In this document: positions 11,847 through 27,225 of the stretch, in pieces
Position numbering within the stretch: the stretch's first letter is position 1
Layout of the letters: each line of letters opens with the position of its first letter
NCBI GenBank assembly: GCA_014905635.1
Contig: JABVCE010000011.1
Location: 1,178,001 to 1,242,000 of the forward strand
From: Scenedesmus sp. PABB004
Taxonomy: Eukaryota
Direction of reading: 5' to 3'
DNA length: 64,000 nucleotides
Notes under the pieces: generated by a model
The model's input: the letters and a program-made list of their open reading frames with translations, nothing else
The model's database searches: none
What the model was told of the DNA's origin: nothing
Position numbers and translations under genes: made by a program

Positions 11847-14800
11847 TCACAGGTAGCGCATGGTGAGCATGTGGACGATGTTGTCGGTGGTATAGACCGA
11901 CAGGTCCACGCACTTGCCGGTCGGGCGGCCGCCGGCCGCGCCCGGGCGGCCGGTCTTGAACACGAACCGCGTCGTTCCGCCGCGCCGCGTGCAGCTCTCG
12001 TCGCCGGAGCCCTCGTACGACCGCGCCGCGGGGAGGGGGCGGTACGACGCCGCCGGCTCGTCGCAGTCGCGGAGCTCCGTGCCGACCTCGACCTGCTCGA
12101 TGATGTAGTCGGCCACGCACATCGGGCGGCCCCTGTCGTCCGAGACGGTGAACTCGAGCGCGACGCGCGCGCGCGGCCGCGCCGCGACGGTCGTCGTGGA
12201 CTTCCAGTCGACCGACCAGATGCAGTAGCTCTGCGCCGGCGCGCTCGCGTCGTCGGGCTGGAACGACCACTCCTCAAAGCCCGACGACGCGTCGCACGAG
12301 CACGTCCCCGCCGCGGCGTAGTCGCCGTAGCCGTAGTACCCGCCTTTGGTGTGCGCGGCGGCGGGCGCGGCGGCGGCGCAGGCGCGTGAGCGAGGCGGCG
12401 GCGCAGGCGCGTGCGCGAGCAGGCGCGGCAGGCGCGTGAGCGAGGCGGCGCGGCAGGGAGTCCGCGGCGGGTGCGCACCGTAGTAGTTGTCGTCGTAGCC
12501 CTCGCAATAGCAGTCCTCGCACGCGTATGCGGCCTCGCAGCCCACGCACACGCTGTCGGCGCCGCCGTAGTCGCCGTCTGCGCCGCGCGCGCGGCGGCGC
12601 CGGCGCCGCAGCGTCGGCGCGCGCGCGCGCGCGCGCAGGCGGCTGCCGGCGCTGGCCGCCGCTCCCCTGCAGGCAGGCGCGCGCGCCGCGCGCGCGCGGG
12701 GCCCGGCTCACAGTTGCCGTAGTAGTTGCTGTTGGTGCACGCGTCGCCGACGATCGGCCCCCAGTACGGCCCGCTGCCGTCGCCGTCGTCGAGGCAGTCG
12801 ATCGTATAGCCGTCGCCCTCCCAGCCCCTGTCGCTGTCGCACGCCGCGGTGCACGACTCGCCGACGGGCGTCGAGGCCGCGCAGAGCGCGTCCCAGGTCG
12901 TGTGGTTCATCTTGAGCGGCGGGTCGGAGCAGAACGAGTCGGTCGGCGGCGGCGTGTTCGGCGGCGGGCAGGTCTTGCTCACGCCGTCGCAGGACGACTT
13001 GCCGCCGCCGCACGACGTGCCGCTCGCCGCAAACTGGTACGCGCAGTTGACGCCGCCCACGGTCTGGCAGAAGTCGGCGTTGTCGCACGGCAGCGCTTTG
13101 CCTGCGCGCGCGGCGGCGCGCGGGGCGGGCGGCGTCGCCGGCGGCGGGGCGCGCGGCAGCGCGTCAGCGGCCCGGCGCGGCCCAAACCGCGCCGCCGCCG
13201 CCGCCGCCGCCGTGGCGCACCTGAGAAGCGGTTGACGCACTCTGGCACCGCCGCCGACTTGCAGTCCACCTGCCGCGGCGGCGGGCTCGGCCCCGGCGGG
13301 GTGGGCCCCGGCGGCGGGCTCGGCGCCGGCGGCGGGGTCGGCCCCGGGCCGGGCGTGTCGCCGAGGCGCGCGGCGAGGCAGTCGAGGGCGGCCTTGACGT
13401 CCAGGACGCCGCCGTTGATGGACGAGTCCTTCCAGTATGAGGTGACCTTAGGGTCGGCGGTTGAGACCATGCACTGCACGGTGTCCTTGTTGGAGGCGGC
13501 AGGGTAGGCGTTGCGCAGCTGCGGGGCAGGGAGGGAGGGGGGCACGCAGCGCGGCGCAGGGGGCGGGGCGGGCGGGCGGCGGTGAGCGCGGCGCGCGGGT
13601 GGGGCGGCGGCGCGCGGGGCGACGCGCGGCGCGCGCGCGCGCGCGCGGCGCGCACCAGGAGCGCCCCGCCGGTGACGTGGGGCGCCGCCATGCTTGTTCC
13701 CGTGTACCAGTCGGCGCGCCACTTGTTGCTGGCGGTCGTCAGCACGCTCGACAGGATGTCGGTGCCGGCTGCGGCGAGACGGCGGCGGCAGCGGCGGCGG
13801 CGGCGGGGCGTCGGCGGCCGGGCGTCGGCGCGCCGCGAGACGCGCTGGTGCACGCGGGCCGTGGCCGCCGCAGGGCGCGGCGAGTGTGAGAGCAAGTCAG
13901 AGTCAGAGAGTCAGAGAGACTCACGCGCCGCGATGCGGACGATCGCCCCGTAGTTGGAGCTCGGCGCGAGCTTGTTCACCGGCTCCTCCATCACGTTGGC
14001 TGCGCGAGCAACGGCGGCCGGTTGACGGCGGCGGCCGGCGGTCAGCAGGGGTCGGCAGCGGCGGCGGCGGCGGCGGCGGCGCGCGCGCGCAGCGCGCGGC
14101 TGGGGGGCTGGGGGGCTGCGCGCGGCGCGCGCGCACCGACGGCGAGGACGCAGTCGGGCAGGAACTTGGCGATGTAGGCAGGGTAGTCGGCCTGCGTGCC
14201 GTCCTGCGAGATGACAGCAGAGGCGGCGCGCGCGCGCGTTTGAATTCGGGCCCGACAGCTGGGGCCGCGCCGCCCAGCCGGCGCGGCGCAGCGCGGCACG
14301 CGGGCCGCGCTGGCGCGCGGCGCGCGGCGGTGGCGCGGGGGGCGCCGCACCTGGCGCGGCCCCGAGTTGGCGACGTCCACGCCGCGGTCGACGCCGTTGA
14401 TGACGGCGCCGTTGCCCGCGGCGACCGACGCGATGCCGTCGGCGTCGCAGAGGTCGCCAAAGGAGTCGCGGTACAGCTGCTCCGACGCGCCGCCGACCCG
14501 GTCGGTGCCGCCTGCGCGCCGGCGCCGGGGCGGGCGCGGCGGCGCACGGCGGCCGGCGTGAGCGGCGCGCGCCGGGCTGGCGGCCCTGGCCGGCGGCGCC
14601 GCCGGCCGTCCCCGCAGCGCCGCCGGCGCGCCGGCGCGCAGGCAGGCGCCTCGCGCACCGAGGGAGAGGTTGATCGCGTAGTGCGCGCGGATCTTGATGG
14701 CGTGGGCGATGCAGTTCACGATGTCGCTGTCAGACGCGCCCTGCTCCGTGCCAAACACGTTGCACATCACCTGCGCGGCGCGGGCGCACGGGGGCACGTC

Positions 14801-16689
14801 GGGGCCGCGCCGGCGGGCGCAGCCTGCGCCACGCGGCCAGCGGGGCCCGCTCAAACAACCCCTGCTGGCCCCTGGGCCGTGCTGGGCCGCTATGCCAGGC
14901 GCACCATCTTGTTCTGCATCGGTCCCACCACGCCCGCGACCTTCTGTGGGTCGTCGGCGCCGTTCAGCGGGCCCCAGGCCGCCGCGGTGGTGCCTGGAGC
15001 GCGCGTGTGCGCGCGCGTCAGCGCCCACAGCGCCCACAGCGCGGCGCGCGGCGCGCGGCGCGCCGCGCGCCGCACCGAACGTGTGCGTCCCGTGGCCGTC
15101 GCTGCCGGTGTCGGCCGCGCCGTTGCCCGTGGACTTGCCGCCGACCGTGCCGCGCGTGAAGGTGATGCTGTTGGTCGTGTCGACCTGGGGGATGACGTTG
15201 TTGTGCTTGAAGTCCACGCCATCGTCGATGATCATGCCGGGGCGGGCGATCGTGGCAAAGGGGATGCGGGAGCCGAGCGCGGCCCACGCGTCTGCCGGCG
15301 AGCGAGCGGCGGGCGCGCGGCGCGGGGCGGCGCGGCGGCGGGAAGCGTGAGCGCCGGCGGCGGCGGGAAAGCGCGCAGCGTGGGACCGGGGGCCGGCCCC
15401 GCCGCGCGCCTCCCTCCCTCTCCCTCCCTCTCCCTCCCTCTCCCTCCCTCTCACCGGGCGCCTTGATGCGGTTCATTCCCCACATCGTGCTGCACTGGCC
15501 GTTGGCGCACCTGCACGCGCGGGCGCGGACGCGCGTCAGCGCCGGCGCGCCAGCAGCCGCGGCGCGGGCTCCGCCGCGCGCCGGCGCGGCGCCGCGGCGC
15601 GCGCGAGCGCGGGCGGGGCGCGGGGCGCGGGGCGCTCGCTCACTCTGAGGGCATGCCGGCGGGCGCGGCGAGGCCGCCCGTCTTCTTGTTCGCGCCCTTG
15701 CGCTTGCCCAGGATGCCCTCGGTGCGCGCGCGCTTGAGGGCGAGCTTGGAGCTGCGGCGCGTGACGAACGCGCTGGCGTTGTGCTTCCCCGCCGCGGCGG
15801 CGGCCTTCTCGGCGTACTTGCGCGGCACGACGCCGCCCTTGGGCGTGGCCTTGGGGCCGGGCTTGGGCCGGGGCCGCGCGGCTTCGGGCTCGGGCGCGGG
15901 CTCGGGCGCGGTCCGCGCTTGTGGCTGGGCTCTGCGCCGGTGCGGTAGCGCAGTCCCTCCTCGCCCATGACGTCAAACACGGGCGGCGCGTCGCCGGCCG
16001 CCGCGGTGCTCGCGCCGCCGCCGCCGATCGCCGCCACGATGGCCGCGCTCGGCGGCGCGGTGAGCGCGGCGATCGCCGCCTCGGTGGCCGCGGCGTCGCC
16101 GCTCGGCGAGAGCTTGACCCAGCACTTGACCGGCAGATCCTGCACCACGGCCAGCCCAACGGCCGCGGCCGCTGCCTTCACCGTCGCCAGGCCGGACGTC
16201 GACAGCGTCGACACGCCCGGCTGCCCGCCCGCGCCGCTGCAGCGGGCGGAGTGCACTCGGCCGATCAGGTAGCCGCTGCGCCCGGGCGCGGCTGCGGGCG
16301 GCGGCGGCGGCGCGGCGGCAGCGGCGGCGGCAGCGGCGGCACCGGCCGGGTGAGAAGAAGCCCCGGACGCAACGGAGCTCGCGATGCGGCCTACGTGCGC
16401 TGCTGGTCGCGCGTCACGGCCGCGCGGCCGCCCCGGCTCGCCGGAGCGCGGCCGGGGTGGCCGCCACCGTCAGCGTGAATGAGGGGGGAAGGTCGACTTC
16501 CGCGCCCCGCCCTGCCTGCTCGTGTGGCTGAGCGTGTTCAGCAGCGCCAGGGCTATCCATGGCGCGGCGCGCAGGCCGCCGCTGCGCACCGTCGGGGCGC
16601 TTGAAGGTCGCGACACCGCCGCTACCCGCCAGCGCGACGCCGAGCGCTGTCGCGGCCAGGAGAAGCTGTAGAGCGGCGCGGGGCGCCAT
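11847..16689 (-). CDS. Secreted subtilisin-like (S8) serine protease with Pro-rich linker and Cys-rich C-terminal modules; about 15 exons
   Basis: Signal peptide MAPRAALQLLLAATALGVALAG; WGMNRIKA; catalytic Asp IIDDGVD, His HGTHTFG, oxyanion AAGNG, Ser GTSMAAPHVTG; ends HMLTMRYL*. Confidence 0.88.
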
Positions 16690-17251
16690 GGCGGTGTGCA
16701 GCGCCGCGCTCGGCCGGCGGCAGCACCGAGCTCGGTGAGCCTGGAGTCTGGATCACGCGCTGCGCTGCTTTTCAGGGTCCTCTGAGCAGCTGTAGGACGT
16801 GCCTGAGAGGGGTTTGGTGCGGTGGCATCGGCGGCCTGTCGCTGGCGGGACCGGGCGCGGCGCTGTGTGTGCGCGGTCCCACCCCGGCCTTCGACCCAAC
16901 GAAGGCCGGTGGGCACGCAAGCGGTGCGGCGGCCAGCCACCCCGGCGCACCGGGGAGGTCGATCCTCAGCTTCAGCAGGCGCCGGGGGCCAGCCTGGCGC
17001 GGCGGCACCGCCATGACCAACGCAGCGCCGGCGCCGCCACCGCTGGGCGCTGCCGTGCCGCGGCGCTCCTGACAGACCGTCCAAAAGTCAGGCTTGTCAG
17101 ACGAAGTCATGCTGGGCACATCCGCGAGCCTGCCGGCCTCGCCGGCTCGCCACACCCGCGCTCCCGCGCGGGTGACGCTAGCGCGCGTGCTGCTGGCGGC
17201 GGCGACCGCGCAGCGCGCCGCAGCGCGGACCGGCCGGGGAGGAGAGTGCGC

Positions 17252-17256
17252 TTACA
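17252..17256 (-). promoter_or_regulatory. TGTAA polyadenylation signal of UAP56
   Basis: Chlorophyte UGUAA signal about 160 nt downstream of the stop. Confidence 0.6.
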
Positions 17257-17412
17257 TGCACCCGCGCCGCCGCACGCAGCCCGCACGCAGGCAACGCCCC
17301 GCCCCGCCGCAGGCGCGCGCGCGCGGCGCGCGCCGTGCCGCCGGCCGCCGCCTCGCGCCCGGCCCGCCGCCGCCTCGCCCCGGCCCGCCCGCGTCCGGCC
17401 GGCGTCCCTCCC

Positions 17413-20400
17413 TCACGACTGGTTCATGTACGTCGAGGTGTCGATGCTCGCGGGCAGGGGCTTGATGTCGACGTCGAAGCGCTCCTGCACCTTGTTGAGC
17501 GTGTTGGAGTCGGCCTCGGTCGAGACGAACGTGATCGCGAGGCCCTTGGTGCCAAAGCGCCCCGCGCGGCCGACGCGGTGGAGGTACGTGTCCGCGCCGT
17601 TGCCGTGGCGCTCGTCAGTGACGGGCATGTCGTAGTTGATGACGATGTTGACGCGCTCCACGTCGATGCCGCGGCCCACCAGGTCGGTCGCGACGAGGAT
17701 GCGCACCTGCGGCGAATGGCGGCGCGGCGGGGCGGTGCGGCGGCGCGCGCGTGGCCGAGAGCTGGGCGCGCCGCGCGGGCAGAGGGACGGGCGGAGGCGC
17801 GCCGCGGGCGGGGCCAGCGGCCGGCCGGCCGGGCGGGGCGGCGCGGGGCGGGGCGGGCGGGGGGTGCCCGGGCGCGCACCTGGTTCTCCTTGAACTGCTT
17901 GTACACCTCGAGGCGCTTCTCCTGGGGCATGCCCGCAAAGATGCAGACGCTCGGGAAGTTGCACTCGTTGAGCAGCGTGTTGAGCGTCTTGGCGCGCTGC
18001 ACGCTCTTGACAAAGATCACCACCTGCGCGGCCGCCCGGGCGCGCGGGCGGGCGGGCGGCGCGTGGGCGCGGGCGCGCGCGAGGGGGGGGGGGGGGGCGC
18101 ACATTCTGGCGCCGCGCGCGGGCGGCGCGGCGCGGCGCGGCGCGCTGCTGCGCGGGCGCGGGGGCGGGCGGCCCTCCTCCTCACCTGGTTGAAGTCGAGC
18201 GCGTCGAGCAGGTCGGTGAGCTTGCGGTTCTTCTCCTCCTCGTGCAGCATCACGTAGTGCTGCACCAGGCCGTGCAGCGTGAGCTTCGACTCGTCGTCGA
18301 CGTAGATCTCGGCCGGCTGCGCGCGGCGCGGCGCGATGTGGTGCGGCGCGCGCGGGCGGGGCGGGCGGGCGCACGCGGCGTGGGCGGCGCGCGCCGCGGC
18401 CGCGGCGCTGCACAGCGAGTGCGCGCGCGCCCGCCCGCCGCGGCCGCGGCCGCGGGCGGCGCCGCGCGGACCGCCGGCGAGGCCAGGCGAGGCGCGTGGA
18501 GGACGCTCCACGGCCGCCTCCAGCCGGCGCCGCGCCGCGCCGCGCGCACGCCGCCCCTCTCAACCGCCGCTCCAGCGCGCCGCCGGCCGCCGCCCGCAGC
18601 GCCGGTGCGAGCCGGGCCGCGGGCCGCTGCGCCGCCAAGCCCGCTGGCGCTGCAAGCCATGCAAACACAGGCTGCCGGCGGCAAGCAAGCCTCGCTGCCG
18701 CGGCGACTGCCTCTCTTTTTCTTTTTTGCCCGCCCCTGCACGCGCACACCGACCGTGCCGTGCTGCACCCGCCTGGCTGGCCGCCAGGGGGTGGGCAGGC
18801 GGGCGCGCGGCACCCCCGCGTCGCCGTGGGGATGCCTGCGCAGCGCCTGGGCGCGCCAGAGCCGAGCTCGGCCACGAGGGCCGAGCTCGCTGGCCGCCGC
18901 CGCGGGGCTGGCGTCGGGCGCGCGCGCGGGCGCGTGGGCACGTGCGTGCGCGCTGGGGGCTGCTGGTCGCATGCCCGCGCAGCGGCAGCGCACGGCACAG
19001 AGGCGGCACCGCGACGCGCGGTGCCCGGCTGACCAGCGCCCGCACAGCAGGCTGCGCCCTGGCAGCAGCGGCAGCAGCAGCGGCTGCTGCTGCGTTGCCA
19101 GGGCTCCGCGCGCCGGCGCGGCTGCAGGCGCGACGGCACGCCCCTGCAGCCGCACCTGCTGCGCCGCCGCGACGCGGCGGCGCGTGCGCGGCCGGCGCCG
19201 CCCGGCCGGCCAACGGCCCGCCGCCGGCGCGTGCTGGTGCGTGTGCGCGCGTGGATGTGCGTGTGTGCTGTGGATCGCGGGGCCCGCCTGCTGCCGGCGC
19301 CCTCAGCGCGCGCACAGCGCCGCCGGGCGCCGCGTCCACGCGCGCCCGCCGGCCCCGCGTCGCGAGGCGCATCCGGGTGCGTGTCCGGGACGCACTTTGT
19401 TCATGAACTTCTTGCACACGGTGCGGATGTCCTTGGCGAGCGTGGCGCTGAACATCATGACCTGCTTGTCGTGGGGCGTCTCCTTGAAGATGGCCTGCAC
19501 GTCGCTGCGCATGTCTGCGGCGGCGCGCGCCGGCCGGCGGCGGCGCCGCCCCCGGCGCGTGAGCGAGGGGCCGCCGCCGCGCCGCACACGCCCCTCCCCC
19601 TGCCGCGCTGCGCCTGCCCCTCCCGTCCTCCCCTCCCGCCCTCCCGCTGCCCCCGCGCTCCTCGTCCCGCGGCCGCTGCTCACCGTTCTTCTCCAGCACC
19701 TTGTCGCACTCGTCGATGACAAAGAACTTGACCTGCTTGAGGTTGAGGTCCTTCTCAAGCGCCAGCTGGAGAGCAGCAGCGCGCGCCACCGCGGCGACGT
19801 GGCGTGCATGCGGGGCGGCGGGGCGGCAGGCGGGGGTGAGCGGGGGCGAGCGGGGCGAGCGGGTGAGCGGTCGGGTGCGGGGCCGGTGGCCGCCGCCGCT
19901 GCTGCTGCGCTGCCGCCGCTGCTGCCGCTGCCGCCGCTGCTGCGCGCCGCTGCCGCTGCCGCGGACCTGCTTGATGCGGCCGGGCGTGCCGACGACGATG
20001 TCGGGGCACTTGTCCTCGTTCTTGAGCAGCTCGCGCTGCGCCTTGACGTCCATGCCGCCGAAGAAGTTGCCGACCTTGACGTTCAGCGGCTTGCCGAAGC
20101 GCTCAAACTCGCGGCAGATCTGCGCGCGCACGCGCGCGCGGGCGGCGCCGCAGTCGGCGGCGAGCAGCGGCGGCGGCGCGCGGCGGCGCGCCGCGGCGCG
20201 CGCGCGCGCGCGCTGGCGTCCTGGCGCGGCCGCGCGTGCCAGGGGCGCGCGCGGGTGCGCCGGCGGCGCGCCTGGAACGCCAGCTCGCGCGTGTGGCAGA
20301 GCACGAGCGCCTGCGGGACGCCCTTCTTGGGCTCCAGGTTCTGCAGGATGGAGATGACAAACACCGCCGTCTTGCCCATGCCCGACTTGGCCTGGCACAG

Positions 20401-20764
20401 GATGTCCTGGCGCATCATGGCCTGCGGGATGGCCTCGTGCTGGACTGCGCGCCGCGGCCGGGGGCGGGGCGGGGCGGCAGCAGCATGGGCGGGTGATGGC
20501 CCCGCCCAGGCGCGCCCCGCGGCGCGCGCGGGCCGCCCGCGGGCGATCCTTGCGCTCCGGAGCCGCCCGCGCACCCTCGCTGGGGTGCTCGAAGCCGCAG
20601 CGCTGGATGGCGTCGAACAGCGGCTCCTTGAGCAGCATGTCCTTGAAGCTGGTGCTGTGGATGCCCACGTAGCCCTTCTTGCCCGCGTCCGCCTTGGCCG
20701 CGCCGCCGGCCTGCTCGGGGTTCTCCTCCTCCTCATAGTCGAGGAGCTCCTCGTTGTCCGCCAT
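17413..20764 (-). CDS. UAP56: DEAD(DECD)-box RNA helicase UAP56/SUB2/DDX39; 8 exons
   Basis: [96 protein letters not shown]. Confidence 0.98.
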
Positions 20765-21228
20765 GGCGCCGGGATGTGTGGATGCGCGGGGGCGCGGGGC
20801 GGCTCCCAGGGCGCGCGGGCGGGCGGGTGGTCGCGGGAGCTTGGCGGGGTATCGAGGGCGAGTGACGGGGGCGGCGGGACGGGCCAGGTGATGGGCGCAT
20901 GCGGCGCGGCGTCGCCGGCGTCGAGGTGTTTTTTTGCGCTGTGCCGCGCCCGCGCAAAACACCGCCGTCGCCCTGGCGCGCGGCAGCCCGCGTCGATCAC
21001 CGCAGCGCGATCAAAGTCACCAGCTCGCTGCGCCCGCGCTCTCCCGCGCCCACGCCGCCAAGGCCCGCGACCGCGCGCGCGGCGCAAGCTCCCGCAGCGG
21101 CGCAGCGATCCCGGGACGCAGTCACCGTCACCAGAGGCGCACAGCACGCGCGCACAGCGCGCGCCGCCGCCCGCCGCCGCCGCCGCCGCCGCCGCTGCCG
21201 GCGCGCGGCCCGGAGTGCGCGGCGCGCC

Positions 21229-21880
21229 ATGGCGGCGCTGGAGGCGGCGCACCATGACATGAGGGCCGCGCTGGAGGCGCTCAAGGGCGCGCCGCCGCCG
21301 CACGACGGCGCCGACGTGCCGGGCCGCGCGGCGCTCGCGGCGGCGGCCGAGCGCGTCAAGGCGGAGGCCGCGAAGGGTGCGCACGGCGGGGGGGGGGGGG
21401 GGTGTCGCTCCACACGTGCGCGGCTGCCTCCTTGCGCGCCTCACCGCGGCGCGCCTGGCCCGCCGCGCAGTCGGCATCATGTGCGGCGGCGCGGCGCCGC
21501 CGGCCGACCAACTCGCGTCGCTCGCGGCGGGCCTGCGCGACGCGTGCGTGGGCTTCTGCGCCTGCGTGCATGCGGCCAGCGCGGGCGCTGGGCCGTCGCT
21601 GAAGGCCGAGCTGGTTAAGCTGGCGAGTGGCGTCGTCACGCCTTGCCTGCTGCTGGTCAAGCAAATGGTTGAGGGCGGCACGGGCGCGGGCGGCTTGCGG
21701 CGTGCGGCAGCGCCCCCGGGGCTGCAGCTCGCGCCGCACTGAGCGCGTGCACTCGCCGCCGCCGCGCCCGCAGCCGAGCGGGGAGGACTTGAAGCCCCAA
21801 GTCGGTGCGGCGCGGCGGCAGCCGCGGCGCGTGGCGGCGGCCGCGGCGCGTGGCGGCGGCCGCGGCGCGTGACGGCAGCC

Positions 21881-21911
<31 letters not shown>

Positions 21912-22958
21912 ACGCGCCCGGCCACGCGGCCGACCCTCCTGCCGCTGCGCCGCGCCCGCGCCCGCGCCCGCGCAGCCATGGTGTGGGACGGCCTCGCCGC
22001 GGCGTCCAAGGCGGCGCTGGACAACAAGGCCTGCCTGTTCAAGGGACTGGCGGGCGTCATGACGGTGCTGCAGGACGTGTCACGCGAGGCGAGGCCGCGG
22101 CGGCGCGGCGCGTCTGCGGGCGCGGCGCAGCAGGGCGGCGCGGCGCGCGCCCGCCCCGGCGTCGACCGCGCCGCCTGCCGCCCGCGCCCGCAGATGACCG
22201 AGCTGCAGCAGGAGCAGCAGGACCGCTACGGCCACGCGGCGCCGGCAGCAGGCGCCGCGGCGGGCGGCGAGGGCGCAGACGGCGACGACGGCGCAGCGGG
22301 CGCCGCAGCGGCGGCGCCGGGGCCGGCGGGCGCAGCGGCGCCGCCGGCGCCGCGCTCGCCCGGGTCGGACTCGGGCGAGGCTGACTCGCTGGACTATGAG
22401 GGCGGCGAGATGAGCGGCGCCGAGCGCGAGCTCCTGGCCGCGTGCCTCGCGCTGCTCGCCGCGGCGACGGCGACGCTGCGCGCGTTTGGTCGGGCGCTGC
22501 TGCGCGGCCCCGCGCTGCCGCCGGGCGGCGAGGCGCTGGACGGCTGGGAGAGCTGCGCCTTCCACGCGCGCCACCTGCGCCGCGCGGCGGAGGACCTCGG
22601 CGCGGCGATGTACCCGCCGCAGGTGCGGGCGGCGCCGCGGCCGCTGCGCCCACGCGCCCTGGCCGCCGCCGCCGCCGCCGCCGCCGCTGCCTCGATCGCC
22701 GCGGGCGCTGCCGAGGCGCTCCCGCGCTCGCCCCCGGCGCAGGACTTTGAGGAGGTGGGCAGCGCGGCGCTGGCGGTGTTTGAAGTCACGGAGCTCATGG
22801 CCGACGAGTGCCCCGACGCCGACGCGGTCGGCGCGGGCGAGCTGTCGGCGCTGGCCGCCGGCCTCGCGGCCGCGCACGCGCGCGTGCAGGCCGCGCTCGG
22901 CGAGGCGCAGGCGGGCGCGAACAACGAGGGCAGCGCCAGCGACGGCGGCGGCGCGTGA
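21229..22958 (+). CDS. Cyclin-D1-binding protein 1 (GCIP/CCNDBP1) family; 6 exons
   Basis: GPSLK, VWDG...DNKA...LQDVSRE|M, acidic linker, [11 protein letters not shown] motif typical of GCIP. Confidence 0.75.
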
Positions 22959-22998
22959 GCGGCGCGTGAGCGGCGCGTGAGCGGCGCGTGAGCGGCGC
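22949..22998 (+). repeat. Tandem 11-mer (GGCGCGTGAGC) x~4 spanning the GCIP stop codon
   Basis: Seen directly. Confidence 0.85.
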
Positions 22999-23037
22999 AG
23001 TGGCCACGGTGGCCGCGGTGGCGCTCTAGCCCAGTGG

Positions 23038-23042
23038 TTACA
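23038..23042 (-). promoter_or_regulatory. TGTAA polyadenylation signal of MDHAR
   Basis: About 40 nt downstream of the MDHAR stop. Confidence 0.6.
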
Positions 23043-23081
23043 GCTCAGTGTCACCGCCGCGGTGCGCTCGCGCCGCCCCGC

Positions 23082-25668
<2,587 letters not shown>

Positions 25669-25792
25669 TCTCGGCAGCAGCGCTGGACTGAGCGGCCCGC
25701 CTGGCGGTGATGTCGGGGGCGCGGCGGGTGCGATGGCCGCTGTCGAGGGAGTCAGGGGAGTTACCCGGACCCGCGCACGCGCCCCGAGGAAG

Positions 25793-26851
25793 CTAAACCC
25801 GCGCCGCGGGAGCTGCGGCGGTAGCCGCGCGCATGTGGTCGGCGAACGCCATTGACCCCCACGCGCCGCCGCCCCCCGCCGCCGCCGCCGGCACGCCCGG
25901 CCGCTCCTGCGCGGCGCCGCCGAGCTCGGCGCCCGCGGCCGTGAAGACGCGCGACACCGCCGCGCGCGGCAGGCCGGGCGCCAGCCCACGGTCCACGTCG
26001 TCGACGCCCGGCTGCCCCGCGTCGGCCGGCAGCACGGGGCTCAGCGGCGCCCGGCGCCGAGGGACTGGGCCCACTCGCCCACCACCGCCGCGGCCTGGTC
26101 GGCGTTGCGCCAGGCGCCCGGGCCGCCGGGCGCGGCGCCGGCGGCGGGGCGCCGCCCGAGCGCGCGGCGGCGGCCGCCGCGGCCGCGTTGGCGGCGGGCA
26201 GGGGCGGCGGCACGTGCCGGGCGCACAGCGTGAGCGGCACGGGGTGAAGCAGGCTGCCTGCGCCGCGTGCGCACGCGGCCTCCTGCGCCGGCGCAGCCCA
26301 GCCGGCCGCGCTGGCGCCGCTGGCCCGCATCGCGCTGCTCACACGCATTGCTGCAAAGCTGGGCAGCTCCGCGCTGTCCACCGCCGCCGCGCGCGCCGGC
26401 GCCGCCGGTGGGGAACCCGCGCGCGGCGGCGCGGCGCCGCCGGGCGAGCTCGTCTCCGGCTGCGGCTGCGGCCGCGGCGGCAGCGCGGTCACGGACACCG
26501 CCGTCGCGGGGCGAAGGTGGGCCCTGGTTGGCGACCGGCCGCCGCCGTTCGGCGCGCCCGCGTGGGCCGCCGGGCTGGCGCGGCCGGCGCTGCTCGGGGC
26601 GCCGGACGCGCCGTCGCCCATGAGCTGCTGCAGCTGCGCCTGCAGGCGCGTCAGCAGCGTCGAGCTGTGCGCGACGTAGCTCCGATACTCGTCCCGCAGC
26701 TCCTGCAGCTGCGCCTGGCTCGCTGCGAGCTGCGCGGCGAGGTCGGGCGCGTCGGCGCGCGCGGGGCTGCGCGGCCACCGCTGCTCCTGCTCCTCCTGCC
26801 GCTGCCGCGGCTGCCGCTGCAGCCGCTCCTCCAGCGACTCGATCTGCGGCG

Positions 26852-26882
<31 letters not shown>

Positions 26883-27181
26883 TGAGCAGCCGCGGCTGGC
26901 CGCGGGCGCCGGGCGAGCGCGCCGCCGTGCCGCGCTGCCGTGCGTTCACCTTGTCCAGCAGCACCTGCAGCACCCCCGCCTCGACGAGCAGCCGGCCGTC
27001 CGGCGCGGCGCCCACGCCGCCGTCCGCGGCGCCGCTGCGCGAGGGCGGCGCGGCGGCGTGCCGCTTCGCGGCCCCGCGCCGCCGCGGGCTCGCGCTGCGA
27101 CCGCGCGTGTTTGCCACGTCCTGCAGCACGCCGCGGGGACCCTGTCGCTGCGCCGCGGCGCGCGCGGGGCTGCCGCAGTCG

Positions 27182-27225
<44 letters not shown>

